DNA from: an uncultured Acidobacteriota bacterium | GTDB lineage: Bacteria > Acidobacteriota > JAQAZP01 | Assembly: GCA_963836075.1 (NCBI GenBank) | Contig: CAWIIB010000001.1 | Location: 2,048,001-2,112,000, forward strand | Length of the DNA stretch: 64,000 bases | Direction: 5' to 3' | In this document: positions 51,503 to 60,919 of the stretch, piece by piece | How positions within the stretch are numbered: the first letter of the stretch is position 1 | Layout of the letters: every line of letters starts with the position of its first letter | Notes under the pieces: model-generated | The model's database searches: none | Told to the model about the DNA's origin: nothing | The model's input: only the letters and a program-made list of their open reading frames with translations | Position numbers and translations under genes: made by a program

Positions 51503-51547
51503 GCGCCCGGGAGTCCTCCGCTTCGGCAGGGACTTCCGGGCGTTTTT
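51503..51547 (+). terminator. Intrinsic terminator after S8 duplicate B
   Basis: Same stem as 48170, followed by TTTTT. Confidence 0.85.
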
Positions 51548-51598
51548 CTGTACGGGCGCCGTGAGCGTGGCCGGGAGTGGGTATGACATCAGCTGATT

Positions 51599-51946
51599 TC
51601 AGGAGAGCGGGGTGAGGCTCACCGTGGCCCCCTCCTGGAAGACCAGCAGCAGGTTACCGGTGTATTTCGAGCGGGAGACGATGAACTTGGACTGGGAAGC
51701 GATGCCCTCCTCTTCCGGCTTCAACCGGTCGCCCTTGAACCTGAGAGTGAAGGAGTCGTCGGGCTCCTTGTGAAACGTGCCGTAGAACCCGGTGCTGAAG
51801 CTGAAGCTGAAGTCGCGGGACCCGTCACTGGTGAATACGGCCTCCACCCCGTCATCGTAGACCACCTGGTATTGCGGCACATCCTCCAGGCCCAGCTCAA
51901 TGGTCTGGCCGACCTTGTAGCGGCGTGAGAGCGCCAGCGGAGTCAC
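51599..51946 (-). CDS. Hypothetical protein
   Basis: Host-like codon usage, starts 3 nt after the upstream stop; no recognised motif. Confidence 0.55.
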   Translation of the reverse strand: MTPLALSRRYKVGQTIELGLEDVPQYQVVYDDGVEAVFTSDGSRDFSFSFSTGFYGTFHKEPDDSFTLRFKGDRLKPEEEGIASQSKFIVSRSKYTGNLLLVFQEGATVSLTPLS

Positions 51947-51949
51947 CTT

Positions 51950-52945
51950 TTACTCCCCCACCACCCGGTGGGCCTGAGCCACTACCGCACCGGGAATCTC
52001 GAGGCCCTGCCGCCGCGCCTCCGCGGGGTTGACCCACAGTTCCTGAACCACCACTTCCTCGATAGGTATCGACGCCGGATCTTCACCGGCCAACACCCGC
52101 GCGGCCATGCGGCCGCCGGCCAGGCCCGAGCGGTAGAAGTTGAACCCCATGGAAACGGCCGCGCCCCGCGGGCAGAGGTCGTTGTCGTTGATCAGCAACG
52201 GGATCTGCCGCCGGCGGGCCACCTCCACCAGGGCTTCGAAATTCACCAGCACCGTATTGTCCCCGGTGATGTAAAACAGGCCCACACCCTGGTCGGCCAG
52301 CAGCTCCGCCGCCGGCCCGACCTCGGCGGGACTGTCCACCAGGATCTCCGCCAGTTCGATTCCCATGGCCTGGCAGACCTGCCGGCCCACCTTGAGGCTG
52401 GAAGCGGAACAGACTTCGGCCGGATGGCGGATGGTGCCGATGCGGGTCAGGTCGGGCACCAGCTGGCGGGCCAGGGCCAGGGTTTCAGCCACCGGGGGGA
52501 AGGAGGCCACACCACAGACCGTGGGCAGGTGGTCTTCCGCTGACTTCGCCGCCCCGGCCCGATAGGGGTCGTAGACCGCGGCAAACACCACCGGCACCGT
52601 GGCGCCGGTGGTGATGGCCGCCTGCAGCCCGGGCGTGGTGAGGGCGATGATCAGGTCCTTTGGTTCGTCGGCGAACCGCCTGGCGATCTCCTGGGTGGCG
52701 GCATAATCTCCATCGCCCTGCCGGATCTCCAGGTCCACCAACCCGCCGTGGACGTATCCGGCCTCGGCCAGCGCGTCCACCACTCCCTGCCGGGCACTGT
52801 CGATGGTGGGATCGGGCCCGAACTGGAGAATCCCCACCCGGAGCGGGGCACGGCCGCCGGAATCGCCACAACCGGACAGCCCGGTCAACACCGCCAATCC
52901 GGTGAGGAGCAACAAGCAGATGATGCGACTTGATGAAATATCCAT
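51950..52945 (-). CDS. ABC transporter substrate-binding lipoprotein (ABC_sub_bind, aromatic amino acid-type)
   Basis: Lipobox LSGC, 'GILQF..PT.D....G', 'ALTTP', 'VVFAAVYDP', 'DNTV', 'G.DPASIP'. Confidence 0.85.
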   Translation of the reverse strand: MDISSSRIICLLLLTGLAVLTGLSGCGDSGGRAPLRVGILQFGPDPTIDSARQGVVDALAEAGYVHGGLVDLEIRQGDGDYAATQEIARRFADEPKDLIIALTTPGLQAAITTGATVPVVFAAVYDPYRAGAAKSAEDHLPTVCGVASFPPVAETLALARQLVPDLTRIGTIRHPAEVCSASSLKVGRQVCQAMGIELAEILVDSPAEVGPAAELLADQGVGLFYITGDNTVLVNFEALVEVARRRQIPLLINDNDLCPRGAAVSMGFNFYRSGLAGGRMAARVLAGEDPASIPIEEVVVQELWVNPAEARRQGLEIPGAVVAQAHRVVGE

Positions 52946-53059
52946 GAGGCGTCCACCCTGTGGGTCGAGGATACGGGATAATCCTCGGGTATTCAACTGC
53001 AGGATACCGGCGGCACTGGCCTCGATCGTCACTGGCGACTATGATGATGGTCGCGAGAT

Positions 53060-53135
53060 CAGGCTAGGCGATGTTGCTACCGAGCGACATCAGGGAGCGT
53101 AGCGACAGGAGCGAAGAGCAACATCGCCTGGCCTG
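53060..53135. repeat. 19-bp inverted-repeat element (REP/MITE-like) in a divergent intergenic region
   Basis: CAGGCTAGGCGATGTTGCT ... AGCAACATCGCCTGGCCTG (one mismatch, G-U compatible), enclosing GAGCGA-like short repeats. Confidence 0.7.
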
Positions 53136-53146
53136 CCGCCGACATC

Positions 53147-54301
53147 TTGCACGATGAAAGGGAAAGAACTGTGCGGCTGCTCTACATCAATCCCTACCGG
53201 GACCGTGACCTGGATGACCCGGATCAACTCCTCGAGCGATACCGCTCCACGCGGCTCTGGTGTTCGGCAGTCGCCGCCCGGGGTGTGGAAGTAACCGTCT
53301 GGCAGGCGTTCCCGGAACCTGCGCGTCGTGAACTGGATGGCGTCCGCTACGATTTCCGCCCGGTCCCCCGGAGACCCGACAGGGCCTGGCCCGATGAAAT
53401 CGCCAGGCTCGGTCCGCATGTCGTTCACCTGGACGGCCTGATCGCCCCGCTGCGGCTCTCACTCCTGCTCGCCGCCTGCCGAGCCGCCGGCGTCCCGGCC
53501 CTGGTTCAGGACCATGGCGGCCGCCAACTCCCCGGACCGGGCTGGCGCGCCGCGGCGCTGGCCTACCGGCCGGAGCCGGCAGCGCTTCTCTTCAGCGCGG
53601 CCGAGCTGGCCGCTCCCTGGCTGGATGCCGGAATCTTCCCGCGGAACACACCGCTGATCGAAGTGATGGAGAGCTCCACGACGTTCACACCGGCCAGCCG
53701 CCGCCGGGCCCGGAAGGGACTGAATCTGGAGGGGGACCCGCTGGTGGTTTCGGTGGGGCGGCTCAACCGGGGCAAGGACCCGGCCACGCTGCTGGACGGT
53801 TTCGCCGCCTTTGCCCGATCGCGGCCCTCGGCTCGCCTGGCCCTGGTCTATCACGAGGCGCCGCTGCTCCGCCTGGTGAAACGGCGGATCGCCGAATCGC
53901 CGCTGCTGGCCGGCCGGGTGACACTGCTGGGCCGTCTCTCCGGGGAAGAGGTACGGCTGGTCCTCAGTGCGGCCCAGCTCTTCGCCTCGGCCAGCCGGCA
54001 CGAGGGGAGCGGTTATGCAGCGCTGGAGGCGCTGGCCTGCGGAGCGCTACCGGTGCTCAGCACCATCCCCTCCTTCCGGGCGATGACCGGCGGCGGCAGG
54101 GTGGGCGCGCTCTTCACCGCCGGGGATGCCGGGGCGCTGGGCCGGGCACTGGAGGAGGTCTGCCGGGTGGGGGACCGCCGCGGCTGGGACCGGATGCGAG
54201 AGCAGGTGCTGGGCTGGTACCGGGCGGAACTGGGTGTGGACGCGCTGGGCAGGAAGGCCACGGCGGCTTACGCTGCAGTGGCCGGAGCCGGGGGACGCTG
54301 A
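53147..54301 (+). CDS. Glycosyltransferase family 4
   Basis: 'VGRLNRGKD', 'SRHEGSGYAALEALACG' (E-x7-E); start may be GTG 53171. Confidence 0.9.
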   Translation: MHDERERTVRLLYINPYRDRDLDDPDQLLERYRSTRLWCSAVAARGVEVTVWQAFPEPARRELDGVRYDFRPVPRRPDRAWPDEIARLGPHVVHLDGLIAPLRLSLLLAACRAAGVPALVQDHGGRQLPGPGWRAAALAYRPEPAALLFSAAELAAPWLDAGIFPRNTPLIEVMESSTTFTPASRRRARKGLNLEGDPLVVSVGRLNRGKDPATLLDGFAAFARSRPSARLALVYHEAPLLRLVKRRIAESPLLAGRVTLLGRLSGEEVRLVLSAAQLFASASRHEGSGYAALEALACGALPVLSTIPSFRAMTGGGRVGALFTAGDAGALGRALEEVCRVGDRRGWDRMREQVLGWYRAELGVDALGRKATAAYAAVAGAGGR

Positions 54302-54308
54302 CCGCGGA

Positions 54309-54740
54309 TCAGGCGCCTTCCAGCCGGGAGGGATCGCTCACCGGCTCGCCATCCTTCAGTCGGCGGACAAAAACCAACGCGCCAAATCCGGACTTGGAGA
54401 ACAGCTGGCGGCCGCGGTAACCGTCCGAGGACTGGACCCTGTGCATTCGCGGGTTGTAGTCCAGAACCGTTTTCTGTTCGTAATCCTGCCCGGCCTGCAG
54501 CTTCAGTGCCTGGTCCAGATGGCCGCCCACCAGCCGGAGCAACAGCTCCATCAACGCGGCTCCGCGCTTCTTCGCCGTGGGATCGCAGGCGAAGAGGGCG
54601 CCGCAGTACGTGCAGGATCCGGTCTCGAACTCGTCCAGAGGCTGCCCCTCGGGAAACTTCGCCCGGCCGACATGCTCCTCGCAGAAAGGGCACAGCGGAC
54701 GTTCGCCGGCCCGGCGGTCATAACGATCCCGGTCGCTCAT
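54309..54740 (-). CDS. Small Cys-rich (putative Zn-binding) hypothetical protein
   Basis: CPFC...CTYCGALFACD; start overlaps the GT4 stop. Confidence 0.7.
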   Translation of the reverse strand: MSDRDRYDRRAGERPLCPFCEEHVGRAKFPEGQPLDEFETGSCTYCGALFACDPTAKKRGAALMELLLRLVGGHLDQALKLQAGQDYEQKTVLDYNPRMHRVQSSDGYRGRQLFSKSGFGALVFVRRLKDGEPVSDPSRLEGA

Positions 54741-55933
54741 GGGTCACCTCGCAACACCGGCCCGGCCGGTTCTGAAGCGCCATCCACCAACAGACGGCTC
54801 TCAACTGTATCACGCCACAGCATCAGCACCCGGGCTGAAGAGACGTGTTCGCAGACCGCCGCCCGGCCGTTGGCGCCCATCACCGGCCACTGTTCGCGGT
54901 TGGCCAGGATCATTTCCAGCGCCCCGCCCAGGGCCGCCGAGTCACCAGCGGAGCAGATGATCCCCGCGGCGCAGTGGGCCAGCAGTTCGGGCAGCATTCC
55001 GGTGTCCGTCCCCACCACCGGCAGGCCGCTGGCCAGCGCCTCCAGACAGGCCACGCCCTGGGCTTCGTGAAGCGACGCCGAAACCATCAGGTCGGCCTCG
55101 CGATAGACATCGGGCATCCGCCGGTGATCGATCCAGCCTTCCCAGGTCACCATATCCGCAACCCCCAGGTCGGCGGCCAGTTTTTCCAGCCGTCCCCGTT
55201 CGACGCCGTCACCCACCACTCGCAGATGCAGACCGGGATGAACCGATCTCAACCCGGCCACGGCGCGGAGCAGCAGGTCGAACCCCTTGACCCGGACCAG
55301 CGATCCCACAGCCAGCAGACGCGGCCCCGCCTGCAGACCTTCCGACAGCCCGGCCACCCGGGGGCCGGGTGAAAAGCGGTCCACATCAATCCCGAAGGGC
55401 AGCAGGAGCGGCCGGGGCATTCCGCGGATTCCCAGCCGTACCAAGTCCTGGCCTTGCCTGGCCGACCCCACGCCGAGCACCGCGGCCCGGCTGATTCCCG
55501 CCCGCAGGCAGATCCGCTGCCAGAGCGACCTCCGGGAACCGAAGCTCTTACCGGCGATGAAGACCGCTTCGCCGGCGGAGAGCTTGAGCAGCAGGGGCAG
55601 CCTTTCCCGCCGGGCGAAAATGGCCGCCGCCAGGGCGGTCTCGTCACCCCACAGGGCAAGAGCGGCGTCGTAGCCCGCCAGGTGATGAGACTTCCGGGCC
55701 GCGGCCACCGCAGCCCGGAGCCGCAGCGGTCCGACCACGATCCTCGACGGGTGACCGAATGAGGCCACCGGGAGCCCGTGCCAGCGGTACCGTTTCCGGC
55801 GGCGCGGGTATTTCAGGGCAAAAATGTCCACCCGGAAGTGACGGCCGAGGCCGCGCACCAGAGAAGAGACACAGGGTACAAACCAGTCCTCCTCGCGGGA
55901 GGGGAAACCGGGAACGAACAGTGCCAGATTCAC
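54737..55933 (-). CDS. Glycosyltransferase family 4
   Basis: 'GIDVDRF', 'VGSLVRVKG', 'VVGDG', 'SLHEAQGVACLEALASG'. Confidence 0.9.
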   Translation of the reverse strand: MNLALFVPGFPSREEDWFVPCVSSLVRGLGRHFRVDIFALKYPRRRKRYRWHGLPVASFGHPSRIVVGPLRLRAAVAAARKSHHLAGYDAALALWGDETALAAAIFARRERLPLLLKLSAGEAVFIAGKSFGSRRSLWQRICLRAGISRAAVLGVGSARQGQDLVRLGIRGMPRPLLLPFGIDVDRFSPGPRVAGLSEGLQAGPRLLAVGSLVRVKGFDLLLRAVAGLRSVHPGLHLRVVGDGVERGRLEKLAADLGVADMVTWEGWIDHRRMPDVYREADLMVSASLHEAQGVACLEALASGLPVVGTDTGMLPELLAHCAAGIICSAGDSAALGGALEMILANREQWPVMGANGRAAVCEHVSSARVLMLWRDTVESRLLVDGASEPAGPVLRGDP

Positions 55934-56127
55934 GTCGACTTCTCCGCGGCCGTTGCCGTGTGAAATCTTTTTCCGGGTTGCAATCTGTTGCCGGGCGATG
56001 AGGACGAATGGTATACTATTTTATTAACTTGTGTAGAGACAAGCGGATACTCTTTCAGCCCCCGGCCCCGGCCGCGGGATCGTTCCGGGAGGCCGAAAGC
56101 CGCTGCTGATCAGAGGGGGTCCACTCC

Positions 56128-56889
56128 ATGCGTCCAGCACTTACCGGGTCACGGCAGCCACGGTGGGCTCGATCCGCCGTTCCGACCTGCCTGTTCCTCA
56201 CGGCCCTGGCCGCCGCATTCCTGTTGGCACCCAGTGCGGTGACCGCAACCGAGGAGACCGATACTGCTCCTCCGTTGGCGCCTCTCGATCCGACCGATCG
56301 GTCGCCCGAGAGTCTCAGCGCGCTGGAGACCATGGTCTATGACAAGGGCAAGCTGAGTTTCACCGCGCGCAACGTCTCCACCCAGGAACTGTTCCTCACC
56401 CTGGCCGACAAGGGCCAGTTCATCATCGAAGGGGTGGACCTGCTGCCCATCACGCCGGTCTCGGTCTCCTATACCGATATGCGTGAACAGGACTGCCTGA
56501 CCCAGCTGCTGAAGATGGTCCCTGACATCAACTTCATCTTCCTCGCCCGGGAAAAGCCGGAACAGGGAAAGTCGGTGGTGGAGAAGGTCCAGATCTACTC
56601 CAAGGATTCATCGGGAATCGCACCAGGCCAGGGCCAGAGCTACAACCCGCTCGATTTCCTGGCCACCGACGGCAACCTCTTCGGCGACCAGGGGGAGTAC
56701 AGTGGGGAATTCGGGTCGGCACCGGGCTACATTCCGCCGTCCGAACCGCCGAAGTATATTCCGCCGGACAAACCGCCGGTCTACATCCCGCCGTCCGAAC
56801 CGCCGGTCTACATCCCGCCGGCCAGCGATCCGGTCTATGTCCCGCCCCCCAGCGGCGGCGGGCAGGATCCCAACGACGGCAGGCAGTAA
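56128..56889 (+). CDS. Exported hypothetical protein (STN/secretin-N0-like domain) with Pro/Tyr-rich repeat tail
   Basis: Hydrophobic signal ending SAVTA; 'LSFTARNVS..EL...LA' STN-like segment (weak). Confidence 0.7.
   Translation: MRPALTGSRQPRWARSAVPTCLFLTALAAAFLLAPSAVTATEETDTAPPLAPLDPTDRSPESLSALETMVYDKGKLSFTARNVSTQELFLTLADKGQFIIEGVDLLPITPVSVSYTDMREQDCLTQLLKMVPDINFIFLAREKPEQGKSVVEKVQIYSKDSSGIAPGQGQSYNPLDFLATDGNLFGDQGEYSGEFGSAPGYIPPSEPPKYIPPDKPPVYIPPSEPPVYIPPASDPVYVPPPSGGGQDPNDGRQ
56728..56850 (+). repeat. 27-bp coding tandem repeat, ~4.5 copies (YIPPxxPPV)
   Basis: YIPPSEPPK YIPPDKPPV YIPPSEPPV YIPPASDPV YVPPP. Confidence 0.9.
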
Positions 56890-56902
56890 ACGCGGGTCAA
56901 AT

Positions 56903-58844
56903 GTGAAAACCCACCACGTCACCCCATCCGCCGCGGACCCTGTTCCGCGGCGAGCCCTATTGCTGTTCCTGCTGCTGGTTCTCGTCGCCGCCGGGTGCCG
57001 CACAGTGGAGCAGGAGACGGAGGAAGGCCCGCCGATGGCCAGGGTGGAGACCTGCCGCGACCTGATCTTCCTGCTGGACCAGGCCAAAAAGGAACACGAC
57101 GGAAACAAAAACGTCGAGGGCCGGATCGAGGAGCGTCTGGTCACCCTCAACGGAATCGCGAAAGCGGCTATCTTCGCCCATCCAGTCTCGGAGATCCGCT
57201 ACCAGCTGCCGGTCCACCCCGAGGCCCGGCTGACATTCAAGATCGGCCTGCACCCCGGTTGCTGGGAAACGGAAAGCGACGGGGCCACCTTCGAAGTGCT
57301 GGTTCGGACGGCGGAGGGCGGTGAACGCGTTTTCTCGCGGCACCTTGACCCGGCACACAACCCGAAACACCGGGGATGGCAATCGTGCGAGGTCGACCTC
57401 GGGGATTTTGCCGGAGCAGAGAGGGAGATCGTACTGCGCACTGGCCCCGGACCGGCGGGCGACCCGGCCTTTGACTGGGCCCTCTGGGCTGAGCCGCAGC
57501 TGCTGAGCCGCGGACGGCGGGCCCCGGCCGACGGATCGGCCCGCCAACACGTGATCCTGATTTCGCTGGACACAGGTACGCCTGGACCACCTGGACAGCG
57601 CCGGTCACCAGCGGCTCACCACACCGCACCTCAACCGCCTGCTGCAGGAGTCGGTCTTCTTCACCGGGGCCCACGCACCGAGCCACTGGACCATGCCGTC
57701 CCACATGAGCGTCTTCACCTCTCTCAGCCCGGACGTCCACCAGGTGGTCAGGACCGACGGCACATCGCGGCTGGCTGATGGCATCCCCACGCTGGCCGGC
57801 CGGCTGCGGGAGGCCGGGTATTTCACCTCCGGGTTTGCCAGCTGCGATTTTCTGAAGGGCGACCTCGGTTTTCAGCGCGGCTTTGACAACTACTTTCTGC
57901 GCTACAACAAGGCCATGCAGCAGAACCGCCTGGTGCGTGACTGGATCTGGTCCCACAGGGAACGGGACCAGTTTGTTTTCCTGCACTACTTCGACGCCCA
58001 CTCCGACTACCACACCCTGCCCTACGACGCGCACTACGGCTTCAATGCCCTGTGGAGCGACCTGGAACCGGAAGAGACCTACGGCGGTTGCTCTCCGGAC
58101 GGTGAACTCTGCGCGTCCAGCTACCTGACCCGGCTGAACAAGGACGCCGTACAGCTGGAGCCCGCAGAGCGCCGGGCCATCGGTGTGATGTATGACCGCG
58201 GTATCCGCCAACTGGACTTTCAGCTGGCAAAGCTGGTGGCCTGGCTCAAAGCCCAGGGGTTGTGGGACTCCAGTCTCGTGGTGCTGTTCAGCGACCATGG
58301 CGAAGAGTTCCAGGAGCATGGGAAGCTGCTGCACCAGCAACTGTTCAACGAACTGATCGCCGTGCCGCTGATCGTCAAACTCCCCGGCGGTGATTATGGC
58401 GGCAAGAGGATTGACACACCGGTGGAGGCCATCGACGTGGCTCCCACCATCCTCTCCCTGCTCCGGCTGCCGGTGCCGGAGATGATGCAGGGGCGCGAGC
58501 TGACTCCGCTGATCGAGGAGAGGGTCGAGGCGGCGGTTGGCGAACCGCTGATCTTCTCCTGGTCCAACAGCTTCTGCACCATAACCAGCGGAGATTGGAA
58601 GCTGGCCTTCGACTCCCGCAGCGGCAGGGAAGCGCTGTACAATCTGGAGACGGACCCCGCTGAGCAGCACGATGTGGCCCAGCGGAATCCCGGAATTCTC
58701 AACCGGCTGCACCGCCTGCTCAAAGAGCAGAGACAACGGGACCACGCCATTGCGGACAGTTTGTCCATTGCCGGCCCTGCTCCGGCCGATGGGTTCAGTG
58801 ACGAGGAAAGGAAGAAGCTTGAGCTTCTCGGCTATGTTGAATAA
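56903..58844 (+). CDS. Sulfatase-like lipoprotein with N-terminal carbohydrate-binding-like domain; +1 frameshift at 57575-57579
   Basis: Lipobox AAGC; removing one G gives 'ISLDTVRLDHL'; 'WTMPSH...FTS', 'HYFDAH', 'SDHGEEF..HG', C-terminal 'LELLGY'. Confidence 0.85.
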
Positions 58845-60771
58845 AAAAACACTGCGCCAGGTGACGCTGTTCTGCGTTTTGGCCCTCCTCGTTCCGGCCC
58901 TGGCCTGCGCTCCCGGACAGCCGACCACTGCCACCGGCCGCTCGGTCATCCGGCTCACCGAACTTTTCAAACGGGCGGAGAAAACCGTCAACAAGGGTCC
59001 GCTGTCCCTGGAAGCGGTGCTCGACCAGGGGACCGAGAAGCTGGGGAAGAAACTGCGCCCGGTGATCCGCCAGCACCCCGCCGGCACCCTCAAATACCGG
59101 TTGCGCATCCCCCGCGACGCCGTGCTCCGATTCGGTTACTGCATGGCCCCCCACACCTGGAAGAAATCTCCGGACGGAATCCGCTTCCATCTGCGGGCCC
59201 GCCGGATCGACGCCAGCGACGGCCGGGCCGCGAGACAGCTGGGACTGTTCAGCGCGGCCCTCGACCCGAAGAACCACCCGGCCCATCGCCGGGTGTTCGA
59301 AGAGCAGGTGGACCTGGCCCGCCTGGGGGGCGGGGTGTGGGAGCTGGTCTTCAGCCTGAGCCACGGCGCCGGCAAGGACGTGACATGGGACAACGGCCTG
59401 TGGGTCGACCCGAGGATCGAGTTCCCCTCCGGCACAATCGAGATACCGGCCGGCGATCCAGCACGCCCGGACATCCTGCTGGTGACCGTGGACAGCCTGC
59501 GGGCCGATGTGCTGCCCTCCTTCGGGGACCGCGGGATCCCGGGGCCGGCAACAGCCGCAGCGCCGGTGATCAGCAAGCTTGCCGCCGAAGGGATGCGGGC
59601 CTCGGCGGCCTTCACCCCCAGCACGTTGACCATCCCCTCCTACGCCTCGATCCTCACCGGCGGCACTCCGGCGGACCACGGGCTGCACCGGGAGAACCAG
59701 CGCGAGGCGCCGGCCATGCCCACGGCCGGCGAGCGTTTCACGGAGCAGGGTTACCGCACCGCCGCATTCCTCGGCACGTCCCGGCTCTCGGCCCGGCGCA
59801 CCGGGCTGTCACGGGGGTTCGAGATCTACGACTGTCCCGCCGCCGGAGGGCGTTCGGCGGAAGAGACCATCCTTGGCCTGCTGGACTGGATCCGCCGCGG
59901 GGATGGCAGGCCCTCCTTCTGCTGGCTCCAGCTCAACGAACTGCGCCCGCCGCTGGCCCACCTGCGAAGTCGTGACCGGCACTACTTCCCCAGGGGTGGT
60001 TTCAACCGCTGGGACGAGTCGATCATCCGCCTGCTGCCCCACTTCGAACGCCGCCCCGACCTCAAGGAGCGCTGGTACCGCTGGCTGCACGACGTGACCG
60101 CCACCGGATACGTGGAGGCCAGCTACCTGGGGCAGGTGGACGAACTGGACCGGCAACTGGGCCGGGTTCTCGAGGAACTCCGCTCCCGCTTGCAACTGGA
60201 GAACACCGTGGTGGTGGTCACGTCCAACCGCGGCCTGGCTCTCGGTGAACAGGGGATCTTCTACACCGGTGAAAGCCTGCAGCCGGGGATGACCCGGGTG
60301 CCGCTGGTCATCCGCTGGCCCGGACGCGTCCCGGCGGCACTCCTCCTGCCGGAGAAGGCACCCTGTACCACGGCCGATATCCTGCCCACACTGCTGGGCC
60401 TGCTGCCGCCAACAGAACTGGAGAAACCGGCCCTCTCCCCCACCGGCATGGACCTCCGGGCAGCCCTACGCAACACCACCCCACTGGAGCGGCGCATGAT
60501 GCTCCTCGAGGGGCACATTGGCCCACCGGATCGTCCGAACCGCTTTGCCCTGCTGGCCGGCGGGTACAAGCTGGCTGAATCTCCCGGCCACACCGGAAGC
60601 AAAGCGGGATCCGGAGATATTCTCGCCTGGTCCTCTGACTCGCACTACCACAACGACGAACTGTTCCACATCCTTTCCGACCCGGGCGAACAAGCAAACC
60701 TGGCCGGGTCACGGCCGCTGGCCGACCTCCGGCAACTGATGCACCGCCGCCTGATGTCGCTGGTCCCCTAG
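58834..60771 (+). CDS. Second sulfatase-like lipoprotein (degenerate metal ligands)
   Basis: Lipobox ALAC, same N-terminal domain type, 'VTVDSLRAD', 'LTIPSYASILTG', 'TSNRG' in place of SDHG, 'DPGEQANL'. Confidence 0.8.
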   Translation: MLNKKTLRQVTLFCVLALLVPALACAPGQPTTATGRSVIRLTELFKRAEKTVNKGPLSLEAVLDQGTEKLGKKLRPVIRQHPAGTLKYRLRIPRDAVLRFGYCMAPHTWKKSPDGIRFHLRARRIDASDGRAARQLGLFSAALDPKNHPAHRRVFEEQVDLARLGGGVWELVFSLSHGAGKDVTWDNGLWVDPRIEFPSGTIEIPAGDPARPDILLVTVDSLRADVLPSFGDRGIPGPATAAAPVISKLAAEGMRASAAFTPSTLTIPSYASILTGGTPADHGLHRENQREAPAMPTAGERFTEQGYRTAAFLGTSRLSARRTGLSRGFEIYDCPAAGGRSAEETILGLLDWIRRGDGRPSFCWLQLNELRPPLAHLRSRDRHYFPRGGFNRWDESIIRLLPHFERRPDLKERWYRWLHDVTATGYVEASYLGQVDELDRQLGRVLEELRSRLQLENTVVVVTSNRGLALGEQGIFYTGESLQPGMTRVPLVIRWPGRVPAALLLPEKAPCTTADILPTLLGLLPPTELEKPALSPTGMDLRAALRNTTPLERRMMLLEGHIGPPDRPNRFALLAGGYKLAESPGHTGSKAGSGDILAWSSDSHYHNDELFHILSDPGEQANLAGSRPLADLRQLMHRRLMSLVP

Positions 60772-60919
60772 CAACTCCTCCAAAAACAACATTCAAAACA
60801 GAAATGTTACGTAAAATACCCTAATAATCCTCTCTCGAACGTTATATACAAGTAGCCAGGTTATACAGGGACACTGAACCCGGCAGTTCAAACCTTTTGT
60901 GGATATCCAGGGGGGATTG

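Larger units (their letters stand above)
45135..51547 (+). repeat. Tandem ~3.3-kb duplication (gene + terminator)
   Basis: 45135..48212 vs 48474..51545; alternative-frame ORFs 47447..47737/50780..51070 and 47798..48067/51131..51400 translate identically. Confidence 0.95.

Noticed and set aside
1259-58844. Calling the six frameshifted genes pseudogenes
   Set aside because: Each has a single indel with intact catalytic motifs and no other decay; systematic sequencing error is more parsimonious
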